32,000 bases of DNA, from NCBI RefSeq assembly GCF_020885515.1, contig NZ_AP024987.1, positions 870,001 through 902,000 of the forward strand, written 5' to 3'. How positions within the stretch are numbered: position 1 is the stretch's first letter; each line of letters starts with the position of its first letter. A program made the translations under genes and the position numbers. Below, one piece after another: positions 20,272 to 28,917 of this stretch. The notes under the pieces were generated by a model. That model saw only the letters and a list, made by a program, of their open reading frames with translations, was not told the DNA's origin and searched no databases. The DNA is from a cyanobacterium endosymbiont of Braarudosphaera bigelowii (lineage in GTDB: Bacteria; Cyanobacteriota; Cyanobacteriia; Cyanobacteriales; Microcystaceae).

Positions 20272-21621
20272 ATGCAATTTTCCAAAATATTAATTGCCAA
20301 TCGCGGGGAAATAGCTTTACGAATTTTACATAGTTGTGAAGAACTTGGTATCAATACAGTAGCTGTTCATTCTACAATAGACCGCCAATCACTCCATGTT
20401 CAACTGGCTGATGAAAGTGTTTGTATTGGTCCACCTTCAAGTAGTAAAAGTTATCTAAATATTCCTAATATTATTTCAGCTGCTTTAACTCATAATGCGA
20501 CAGCAATTCATCCTGGTTATGGATTTTTATCCGAAAATGCAAGATTTGCAGAGATCTGTGCTGATCATAAAATAGTGTTTATTGGCCCTTCTCCTGAAGT
20601 TATCTATGCTATGGGAGATAAGTCAACTGCAAAAAAAACAATGCAGAAGGCCGGAGTCCCAACTATTCCTGGTAGTTGGGGACTATTGGAAAGTCAAGAG
20701 AATGCCTTAAGTATTGCCCGTGATATTGGTTATCCTGTAATTATCAAAGCTACAGCAGGTGGTGGTGGACGTGGAATGCGTCTGGTGAGAGAAGAAAGTG
20801 AATTTTCTAAATTATTTCAAGCAGCACAAGGAGAAGCGGAAGCTTTTTTTGGAAATCCTAGTGTCTATCTAGAAAAATTTATTGAACACCCACGTCATAT
20901 TGAGTTCCAAATCTTAGCAGATAGTTATGGAAATGTAATCCATTTAGGAGAAAGAGATTGCTCTATTCAACGCCGACATCAAAAACTCTTGGAAGAGGCA
21001 CCTAGCCATTTTTTAACCCCTCAACTTAGGAAGAAAATGGGAGATGCGGCTATCAAAGCTGCCAAATCTATTAATTATGTTGGAGCTGGTACTATCGAAT
21101 TTTTAGTAGATAGTAAGAATAATTTTTACTTTATGGAAATGAATACTCGTATTCAAGTCGAGCACCCAGTAACAGAAATGATTACAGGATTAGACTTAAT
21201 TAAAAAACAAATTTCTATTGCTCAAGGAGAAAGGTTAAAGTTAAAGCAAAGCGATATTATATTAAAAGGTCACTCAATAGAATGTCGTATTAATGCTGAG
21301 GATCCAAATTTCAATTTCCGTCCTCATCCTGGTAAGATAAGTGGATATCTTCCACCTGGAGGTCCGGGAGTCAGAATGGATTCTCATATTTATACCGATT
21401 ACGAAATTCCTCCATATTATGATTCTTTGATTGGAAAATTAATTGTTTGGGGACCAGACCGTTCAACTGCTATTAAAAGAATGAAAAGAGCATTAAAAGA
21501 ATGTGCTATTACTGGAGTTCCTACGACAATTGACTTTCATAAAAAAGTAATAGAAGTACCAGCATTCTTAGAAGGAGAAACATATACAAACTTTATTGAA
21601 AAAAATCTAACTAACAATTAA
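20272..21621 (+). CDS. accC: Acetyl-CoA carboxylase, biotin carboxylase subunit
   Basis: 449 aa. [98 protein letters not shown]. Confidence 0.98.
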   Translation: MQFSKILIANRGEIALRILHSCEELGINTVAVHSTIDRQSLHVQLADESVCIGPPSSSKSYLNIPNIISAALTHNATAIHPGYGFLSENARFAEICADHKIVFIGPSPEVIYAMGDKSTAKKTMQKAGVPTIPGSWGLLESQENALSIARDIGYPVIIKATAGGGGRGMRLVREESEFSKLFQAAQGEAEAFFGNPSVYLEKFIEHPRHIEFQILADSYGNVIHLGERDCSIQRRHQKLLEEAPSHFLTPQLRKKMGDAAIKAAKSINYVGAGTIEFLVDSKNNFYFMEMNTRIQVEHPVTEMITGLDLIKKQISIAQGERLKLKQSDIILKGHSIECRINAEDPNFNFRPHPGKISGYLPPGGPGVRMDSHIYTDYEIPPYYDSLIGKLIVWGPDRSTAIKRMKRALKECAITGVPTTIDFHKKVIEVPAFLEGETYTNFIEKNLTNN

Positions 21622-21722
21622 CTATATTGCTAGTGTCTTGAAGATATACAAAATCAATAATATTTTCTTGGTAATCTTTATTAATATATTCAGTAATTAA
21701 TTTTTTAATACAGTTGTTAACT

Positions 21723-21757
21723 CATAGTATAAAAAAATAGAATTTTTTTACACTATG
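21723..21757. terminator. Bidirectional terminator-like hairpin between accC and the histidine kinase
   Basis: catagtataaaaaaa-tagaa-tttttttacactatg (15-bp stem with one G:U-type position). Right arm overlaps the stop codon of the - strand kinase gene. Confidence 0.75.
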
Positions 21758-23246
21758 TTAGAGGAAAGAAAATGGTAAAAGTTTCTTCTCTTCTTGAACG
21801 TTGGCGAACAATTAATTTGCCACCTAATCGATGAAAGAGATTTTTTGTTACATCCAAGTTTAAACTAACACTACCTGTTTCAGGTTGTAACATTAATACT
21901 TGTCCTAGAGCTTCAAGAGGATTGTGCTGTCCATAAGATTCTGTCTGAAATTGTAATTTTAATTGATGTCCTGCAGTACTAACTTGAATTCGAATTAAAC
22001 CTTGCCCAGAAAGACTCCGAGTACATTTTTCGATTAAAGATGTTAAGACTTTATCTAGCATTCGGGGATCACTAACTACTTGGGGTAATGTTTTAGGTAG
22101 CCCTACATCAAGATCAATATTTCGACGTTGTGCTTGTTTCTTCCAGCGAGGTATACATCTATTTAACAGGGTTTCTAAAGAAGTTTTAACTAATTCAACA
22201 GATGAGTTTTGATAGTTTTTACTTTTTAATTCAGTGGCCCGGAAAATCAATTCCATTCGGTTAATCTGTTCACTACATTCTTGATCTATGTTTTCTAGTA
22301 ATTGAGTGATTTTTGGTTCTAAATCTTGGTATTTAAGCAATAACCTAGTCATTGTTCGAATACTTGTTAGAGGTGTACGAACTTCATGACTTAGTGCTCG
22401 AAGTAAATCTAGATCATTTGCCTTTTCAACATTAAGAGAAATATTTTTGGATAAATGATTATTTTCATTTATTGTATTTAAATCTTTATTACATAGATTT
22501 TTCTTATAGATTATTGTCGATATAGAAGTAAAATTATGGAGCAGTAGACGACTAAATTCTTCAATAATTTGGCAACGGGGAAAAATAGGTATAAACTTTT
22601 GAACTAACTGGTCTAACTCAAATAATTGAGAATAATTCAATGTATTGAGGCCAAAGCGTAATCTTAGCCATCCTTTATAGTTAATTTCTGGATCAAATGT
22701 AAATTGAAATGTAGGAAAACCTAGAGGATTTTCCCCTAAAACTATCATTAAAGAAAACTGAGAAGTTAAAATTAAACAAAATTGTTCAGATGCGAGAGGA
22801 TCCTGTGGGAGTATTGGTAACTCCATTACACTTAAAATATTAGGATGAATTTGACTAGAACAGTTGATGTCTGCAGGAAGTTTAAATTGCTTCCAGAGAT
22901 TAAGTGTATTAGTTTGTAAAGTAAAAATACCAGTATGTAATATTTTTATGAGAGCAGGATGACATAAAATTGGAGTTGGAGCTGATAATATAAGTCCTTG
23001 GCAATTTTCTTTATTGACTACAGTTGGTTCTAAATAAGATAGAAGTAATGTTTCTAGAGCAGAGATTGAACTTACCCATTTTCCTTGTGCTTCTATACGT
23101 GCTTGCTTGATATCAATAGTATGTGATTGAAATAAATGAGATTCGGCTTTTACTCTACTACCATCATTTATAATCTTGCTAAGGTTACCCAATGAAGCCT
23201 CAGAAGCATCCATAAATTTCTCTCGATTTAATTCTTTGACTCTCAT
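21753..23246 (-). CDS. Cyanobacterial sensor histidine kinase with a divergent ATP-binding domain
   Basis: 497 aa. H box LLRALSHEVRTPLTSIRTMTRLLL is intact. The C-terminal region (RMLDKVLTSLIEKCTRSLSG...) is HATPase-like but lacks recognisable N/G1/G2 boxes. Confidence 0.85.
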   Translation of the reverse strand: MRVKELNREKFMDASEASLGNLSKIINDGSRVKAESHLFQSHTIDIKQARIEAQGKWVSSISALETLLLSYLEPTVVNKENCQGLILSAPTPILCHPALIKILHTGIFTLQTNTLNLWKQFKLPADINCSSQIHPNILSVMELPILPQDPLASEQFCLILTSQFSLMIVLGENPLGFPTFQFTFDPEINYKGWLRLRFGLNTLNYSQLFELDQLVQKFIPIFPRCQIIEEFSRLLLHNFTSISTIIYKKNLCNKDLNTINENNHLSKNISLNVEKANDLDLLRALSHEVRTPLTSIRTMTRLLLKYQDLEPKITQLLENIDQECSEQINRMELIFRATELKSKNYQNSSVELVKTSLETLLNRCIPRWKKQAQRRNIDLDVGLPKTLPQVVSDPRMLDKVLTSLIEKCTRSLSGQGLIRIQVSTAGHQLKLQFQTESYGQHNPLEALGQVLMLQPETGSVSLNLDVTKNLFHRLGGKLIVRQRSRREETFTIFFPLT

Positions 23247-23395
23247 GCTTTTATGGTTCTAGAGAAAATTATAAGGCAGATATACTACAGAGAATAGCAA
23301 TAAAATAAAAATTTATTTTTGTTGAAATTTTATATTGCTTATGAACTTTATGTTGTTGACAAAGTAACTGAGGTTTTAAGGGATCAGACAAAGAA

Positions 23396-23509
23396 TTAAG
23401 TAATTACTTGATTAAGAATATAGTAGTCATAATTATCCTCCAGGAAAATTTCTAGAGTTTTACTCATTAAAACTAACCAACTTTTATTAGCCTTCTCTAG
23501 TAAATACAT
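23396..23509 (-). other. Short ORF or gene remnant, 37 codons
   Basis: ATG...TAA encodes MYLLEKANKSWLVLMSKTLEIFLEDNYDYYILNQVIT; coding-like composition, same strand as the adjacent fragments. Confidence 0.25.
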
Positions 23510-23571
23510 ATTTTTTTTAGAAGCTACGATTAGAGTACTTATTGAGGTATATTTAACTTACAGTAAAGTTA

Positions 23572-23979
23572 TTAAAAACTCGAATTTTTTACTAAAGCTA
23601 ATAATTTTTTTTTCTTTGTATTAATAAGCTGCTTGATCAATTTGGGGAGAGCAAGATGGCGAATATTAGTAGATATAGTTTCATCTCGGAAAGGGAAGAA
23701 ATCCCTAAAACCAATAATTATCGCCTTACACTTTGTAAATATTTGTAGTTGCTGTTCTCATAACTCTGTTACCGGTTATCGTAGTCCTCTAGCTGATGTT
23801 CAAAGTCTATAAGAGTAACAAGTTGCATAAGTAATAATAGCTACAATCACAGTTTCTGACTCTTCATCTAAAACTTGCACCAACCTCCAAACAGAAGCAT
23901 CACTGGAAAGCTTAAATGTTTTAATTTTAAACACTGAACAGAAAATTATGTCTCTGCAATATAATTCGATTGTATAACT
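23572..23979 (-). pseudogene. Decayed coding region, two or more fragments in different frames
   Basis: Minus-strand open stretch 23979..23800 reads ...CSVFKIKTFKLSSDASVWRLVQVLDEESETVIVAIITYAT; a 1-nt frame change near 23822 continues as LVTLIDFEHQLEDYDNR* (stop 23769). Then startless EQQLQIFTKCKAIIIGFRDFFPFRDETISTNIRHLALPKLIKQLINTKKKKLLALVKNSSF* (23757..23572). Confidence 0.5.
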
Positions 23980-24262
23980 TTAGTGTTAACTTATTAATTT
24001 GAGTTAAAGAAAAAGATGTGATACAAGCAAGAATATTATATGTGACATTTGACAAGCTTTTCCATATTCTGATTAATTAGTACTTTTATGTAAGATTTAA
24101 ATACCTAGTAACTTAAGAAAAAACATATATCTGAAGTTTATCATGTTATAACTTCAGAAATTTTGTTTTCATTTAAAGGCTTCACCAAATTTTAAGAAAA
24201 TACGATGATTGCTTGTAGCAGTTCTACATAAGTTTAAAATTTCATATATCTAAACTACATAG

Positions 24263-24463
24263 CTACTTTTTTTCCTTAACTTTGGTCTTAGGAGTAATTG
24301 CCTCAATCTCGGACAAAGGGAAAGTAACTAATTTACTCCAGTTTCCCCCTTCAAATAAAACAGCAGCTTTTCCATCGCTGACTCTTTGCACCAAGCCTTC
24401 AAAACAATAATAAATATCGTCAGGATTAATAATTTTGACAGTTGTCCCTGGTAGAATTAACAT
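24263..24463 (-). CDS. ndhS: NAD(P)H-quinone oxidoreductase subunit S (DUF3252 family)
   Basis: Conserved core [56 protein letters not shown]. The internal ATG at 24463 (66 aa) fits the family better than the listed 24517 start. Confidence 0.85.
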   Translation of the reverse strand: MLILPGTTVKIINPDDIYYCFEGLVQRVSDGKAAVLFEGGNWSKLVTFPLSEIEAITPKTKVKEKK

Positions 24464-24596
24464 TGTTTTCTCACAATATACTAGTTCATATTTATATTTT
24501 AGCAGATTAAATTTCAACTCAACTTGAAGTTAAGATTTTTTCGATCATATTATTTTAATAAATTACATAAAAGTTTCTTAGCTGTATTTGTATGTT

Positions 24597-24642
24597 AGTT
24601 AATATATTCAATAATTAACAATAATTATTGAATATATTAACT
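24597..24642. repeat. Perfect inverted repeat, 20-bp arms
   Basis: agttaatatattcaataatt-aacaat-aattattgaatatattaact, between divergent ndhS and the transporter gene. Confidence 0.9.
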
Positions 24643-24751
24643 GTTAGAATTAACGATTTTAATATAACATCTTGTAAAATTTATACAACTAAAAACATAT
24701 ATATTATTTACTTTTAGTTGTATCTTAATTTATAAAAAAGATTAATCTTTT

Positions 24752-24783
24752 TTATAAGATAGTAAATTTATAAGATAGTAAAT
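24752..24783. repeat. Short 16-bp tandem duplication
   Basis: Two adjacent copies of ttataagatagtaaa(t), directly after the palindrome aaaaaagattaatctttttt. Confidence 0.6.
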
Positions 24784-24994
24784 ATAATATTTACTGTAGT
24801 GTTATAGAATATTATTTATATTTTTTAAACTAGTAAAAATCTGATACAAATGTTTCACCTTTTATCCTAACTTAAAGTTAAATTAGCCCGAAATATTTAT
24901 ATTAAATTTAATTAGTTATTTTTTTTCCTCATCAACTTATCTTTTCATTGACGTGTTACGATGAGAATCTTTTACTAGGTATGGTAGTTTTATT

Positions 24995-26794
24995 ATGTCT
25001 ATTCCACCCATTGTTTTAACATTAATAATTCTATTTTCAGCTCTAATTAGTTTTATTTTTGAATTTTTCCCTGCAGATACTACAGCTATTGGAATTACAG
25101 TTATATTAATTGTATGTGGACTAGTAACTCCTGAAGAAGGTACATCTGGTTTTAGTAATTCTGCGACTATTACTGTAATGGCTATGTTTATTTTAAGTGG
25201 TGGAATCACTAGGACTGGAGGATTACAAGTTGTTAGAGATATTCTATTTCAGATTGGAGGAAAAAACTTAAATAAACAGATTGCTCTTATGGGTATTATG
25301 GTAGGCTCTATTAGTGCTTTTATTAATAATACTGCAGTCGTTGCTGTTTTCCTACCAATAGTAGAAGCTTTTGGTAAAAAGCAGAAAATTTCTTTATCAA
25401 AATTACTTATTCCACTGTCTTATACAGCCATTTTAGGAGGAGTTATTACTACGATTGGAACTTCTACTAATATATTAGCAAGTGGGTTATCGAAGCAGTT
25501 AGGTTATGGGGAGTTTGGCATATTTTTAATTACCCCTATCGGAATTCCTGTATTTATTATTGGATTAATATATTTAACTTTTTTTAGTTCTCGAATATTA
25601 CCAGATTGTAAATCAATCAATAATGATGGGTTTAATGTTGATTATGGAATGAAAGATTATGTTAGTGAAATTATTATTACTCCACGCTCTAACTTAGTCG
25701 GACAAAGCTTACGCCAAAGTAAAATTCAGAGAAAGTTTGATATTGATGTATTAGAAATAATTCATAATAATATTCATTTTCCACAACCTTTAGCTGATAG
25801 AGTTTTATCATTAGGAGATATATTATTAGTCCGTGGAAGCAAAGAAGATTTATTACAGATTAGAGACGAAAAAGGAGTTGATATTTTAGCTAATATTAAA
25901 TTTGATAAGAGGCAATTTAAAGACGAAATTAATTATAGAGAAGATAAAATAGCTGAAGTTCTCATACTGTCTAATTCACGATTGATAGGCTCCACACTGA
26001 AAGATTTACGTTTTCGCCAAAGATATAATGCTACTGTCATTGCTATTCGTAGAGGAGAAGAGTTATTACGAACCAGATTAGGAAAAGTACGTCTAAAATT
26101 TGGAGATTTATTACTAGTTCAGGGCCCAAAAGAAAGTTTTATTGGATTACAGACAACACGAGAACTATTAGTCCTTGAGGAAAGAGATATTGAAACCTTA
26201 CGACAAAACAAAGCTTATATAGCCATTGTCATCATTTTTGGCGTTGTTACTATTGCTGCATTAGAGATATTACCAATTCTAGTTAGTAGCTTAGTAGGTG
26301 TCATGCTAATGATTTTTACTGGATGTCTTAAGCCTGGAGAAATCTATGGCACAGTTCGTTGGGATATTATTTTTTTGTTGGCAGGACTAATTCCTTTAGG
26401 GATTGCCATGGAAAAATCTGGTACTAATTATTGGATAGCTCAACACATCATTAGCATGGGAAATTATATTCCTGGTTATTTAGTCTTAGTTCTTTTTTAT
26501 TTTGTTACTGCTCTATTTACTGAAATACTTTCAAACAATACATCTGTTTTATTAATGTTACCAGTTGCTGTAGAGGTAGCAGAAGGCTTTGGATTTAATC
26601 CCGTCTCTTTCATGCTAGTAGTAATGTTTGCAGCTTCTAATAGTTTTATTACTCCTATAGGATACCAAACAAATACTATGGTTTATGTGCCTGGAGGATA
26701 TCGTTTTTTAGACTTTACTCGTGTCGGATTACCTTTAACTTTTATGTTTACTTTTTTAGTACCATTTCTTGTTAAGTGTATATACGGAATATAG
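24995..26794 (+). CDS. SLC13/DASS-type anion permease with central TrkA-C (RCK_C) domains
   Basis: 599 aa. FFPADTTAIGITVILIVCGLVTPEEGTSGFSNSATITVMAMFILSGGITRTG, AFINNTAVVAVFLPIV, GTSTNILAS, two TrkA-C-like blocks (LRQSKIQRKFDIDVLEI, LRFRQRYNATVIAIRRG), FTEILSNNTSVLLMLPVAVEVAEGFG. Confidence 0.9.
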   Translation: MSIPPIVLTLIILFSALISFIFEFFPADTTAIGITVILIVCGLVTPEEGTSGFSNSATITVMAMFILSGGITRTGGLQVVRDILFQIGGKNLNKQIALMGIMVGSISAFINNTAVVAVFLPIVEAFGKKQKISLSKLLIPLSYTAILGGVITTIGTSTNILASGLSKQLGYGEFGIFLITPIGIPVFIIGLIYLTFFSSRILPDCKSINNDGFNVDYGMKDYVSEIIITPRSNLVGQSLRQSKIQRKFDIDVLEIIHNNIHFPQPLADRVLSLGDILLVRGSKEDLLQIRDEKGVDILANIKFDKRQFKDEINYREDKIAEVLILSNSRLIGSTLKDLRFRQRYNATVIAIRRGEELLRTRLGKVRLKFGDLLLVQGPKESFIGLQTTRELLVLEERDIETLRQNKAYIAIVIIFGVVTIAALEILPILVSSLVGVMLMIFTGCLKPGEIYGTVRWDIIFLLAGLIPLGIAMEKSGTNYWIAQHIISMGNYIPGYLVLVLFYFVTALFTEILSNNTSVLLMLPVAVEVAEGFGFNPVSFMLVVMFAASNSFITPIGYQTNTMVYVPGGYRFLDFTRVGLPLTFMFTFLVPFLVKCIYGI

Positions 26795-27033
26795 TATCAT
26801 TATTTTTTAATATTATGAAAAGCTACTTTTTTAATTTAAATAATTATCTGGAAAAGTTCTCATATTAATGGATATATAACACTCTTAAATTACTGAAATA
26901 TGTATAAATCAAGATTTTTAAAATAGATGAATGATTGTTATACTCCAATTTTTTTTACTAGAAGTTTAATGGTAAAATACCCAAAATAAAAAGAACTATC
27001 CTGAAAGTTTTAAATTCAGATTTCGTTAGCAAT

Positions 27034-28917
27034 ATGTGGAAAAAAAAAGGCTCTCAATTCCATTGGCAAAACTTAATTAAAAAAAAGAATTATGGCTTTC
27101 GAATTTTTAGGGAAAAGAAGAATAACTTAACTATCGGACAAAATAGTCAATCATTATTAATAATGATGTTTATCAGTTTTGTTTTGTTAGGAGCTATAGG
27201 CAGCCGTTTGTTTTTTTTACAGCTAGTAGAAGGTAAAAATTACAGAGGTAAATCTGAAAATAATCGTGTCCGTGTCATGCCAAAACCACCTATCCGAGGT
27301 ACTATATTTGATAGAAAAGGACGTATTTTAGCTTCAAACCGTTTTAGTCATTCAGTTTATTTATGGCCTGTCGTTGTTAGCCAGCCTAATTGGCCTAAAA
27401 ATAGAAAATCTTTAGCACACTTACTTTCTATTTCTGAAGAAAATATTGAAGCTAAGATAAGTGAGAGTATAAATAAAAAGACGGGATATTCTTCTTCAAT
27501 TTTAATTAAAATTGCTAGTCGGCTTAATCCTGCTCAAATAACTGCATTAGAAGAATTCAAAGAGGAGCTCGACGGATTAGAAATGGATATTGAAAATATT
27601 CGTAATTATCCTAATAAAGAAATAGGTGCTCATATACTAGGATATATTGGAGAGTTAAGTAGTCAGGAATTAAAAGAAAAGCAGTCTGAAGGTTATCTTT
27701 TAGGTGATTCTGTTGGAAGAATGGGAATCGAGTCTGCCTATGAAAAAAAGTTAAGAGGTGAATGGGGAGGTATTGAGTTAGAGGTAAATGGAGCAGGTAA
27801 AATCACTAAAGTATTGGGACGTAAAGCAGCAAAACTAGGTAAAGATATTACTGTCACTCTTGATCTTGATATACAAAAGGCTGCTGAATTCGCCTTGAGA
27901 CAACGTACAGGAGCTGTCGTTGCTATTGAACCATATACAGGACAAATTCTAGCAATGGCTAGTAGCCCTACTTTTGATCCTAACTTTTTTTCAACTCCGC
28001 TTGCCCCCAAAACTTGGAAGCAGTTACAACAGAAAGATGCATTTCTTCTTAATCGAGTTTTGCAAGGCTTTCCCCCTGCTTCCACTTTCAAAATAGTTAC
28101 ATCTACTGCAGCTATGGAATCAGGTAAGTATCCTCCGGATACTATATTATCAACTTCTCCTTATTTAAGTGTAGGAGGAACCCATTTTAGAGAGTGGAAT
28201 AGATTAGGCTTTGGAAAAATAGGTTACATAAAAGCTTTAGCATTGAGTAGTAATACTTTTCATGGGCAAATTGGTCTAAAGATAGGAGAAGATGATCTAG
28301 TTAGATATGCACGTCTTTATGGTTTCGGTTCAAAAACGGGAATCGAATTAGAAGAAGAAAAAATTGGACTAATTGCAGATAATATATGGAAGAAAAAGAA
28401 ACATAAGGGAAATTGGACTGACGGAGATACAGTTAATATGTCTCTTGGCCAGGGATTCACCAAAGCTACTCCCTTACAAGTGGCTATCATGTTTTCCGTT
28501 ATAGCTAATGGTGGGTACAGAATAAAGCCTCAGCTATTAAAAAAAGTTTATGAGAAAGAATATCTAAAAAGTTATATAGGTTTTAAGTCTAGTACAATTA
28601 GAACTCTGAGAGAAGGCTTAAGAGCAGTAGTCTTATCAGGAACTGGAAAGATTTTAAATGTTCCAAGCTTACCTCCTGTGGCTGGAAAAAGCGGTACAGC
28701 TGAAGCTCCTCCTAGAAAATCTCATGCTTGGTTTGGAGGTTTTGCTCCTTACAATAGTCCAGAAATTGTTGTTGTAGCTTTTGTTGAACATTCTGGTGGC
28801 GGAGGTGGAACTATCGCAGCACCAATAGTCCGTCAAGTTATGGAAGCATATTTTAAACATAATCGTTCTCTTAATTCTATTAACAATAGAAAAAATTTAA
28901 GTATTAATTTAAACTAA
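27034..28917 (+). CDS. mrdA: Penicillin-binding protein 2 (transpeptidase)
   Basis: 627 aa. Single N-terminal TM, NRVRVMPKPPIRGTIFDRKGRILASN, STFK, SSN, AGKSGTAE, HAWFGGFAPYNSPEIVV. Confidence 0.93.
   Translation: MWKKKGSQFHWQNLIKKKNYGFRIFREKKNNLTIGQNSQSLLIMMFISFVLLGAIGSRLFFLQLVEGKNYRGKSENNRVRVMPKPPIRGTIFDRKGRILASNRFSHSVYLWPVVVSQPNWPKNRKSLAHLLSISEENIEAKISESINKKTGYSSSILIKIASRLNPAQITALEEFKEELDGLEMDIENIRNYPNKEIGAHILGYIGELSSQELKEKQSEGYLLGDSVGRMGIESAYEKKLRGEWGGIELEVNGAGKITKVLGRKAAKLGKDITVTLDLDIQKAAEFALRQRTGAVVAIEPYTGQILAMASSPTFDPNFFSTPLAPKTWKQLQQKDAFLLNRVLQGFPPASTFKIVTSTAAMESGKYPPDTILSTSPYLSVGGTHFREWNRLGFGKIGYIKALALSSNTFHGQIGLKIGEDDLVRYARLYGFGSKTGIELEEEKIGLIADNIWKKKKHKGNWTDGDTVNMSLGQGFTKATPLQVAIMFSVIANGGYRIKPQLLKKVYEKEYLKSYIGFKSSTIRTLREGLRAVVLSGTGKILNVPSLPPVAGKSGTAEAPPRKSHAWFGGFAPYNSPEIVVVAFVEHSGGGGGTIAAPIVRQVMEAYFKHNRSLNSINNRKNLSINLN

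Noticed and set aside
19617-20354. - strand ORFs of 68 aa (19617..19823) and 71 aa (20139..20354)
   Set aside because: The first is antisense to the FKBP gene. The second overlaps the accC start region and has no protein-like motif.
24937-25209. 90-aa - strand ORF
   Set aside because: Antisense to the start of the SLC13-type transporter.
27738-28860. - strand ORFs of 117 aa (27738..28091) and 63 aa (28669..28860)
   Set aside because: Antisense to the conserved transpeptidase domain of PBP2.
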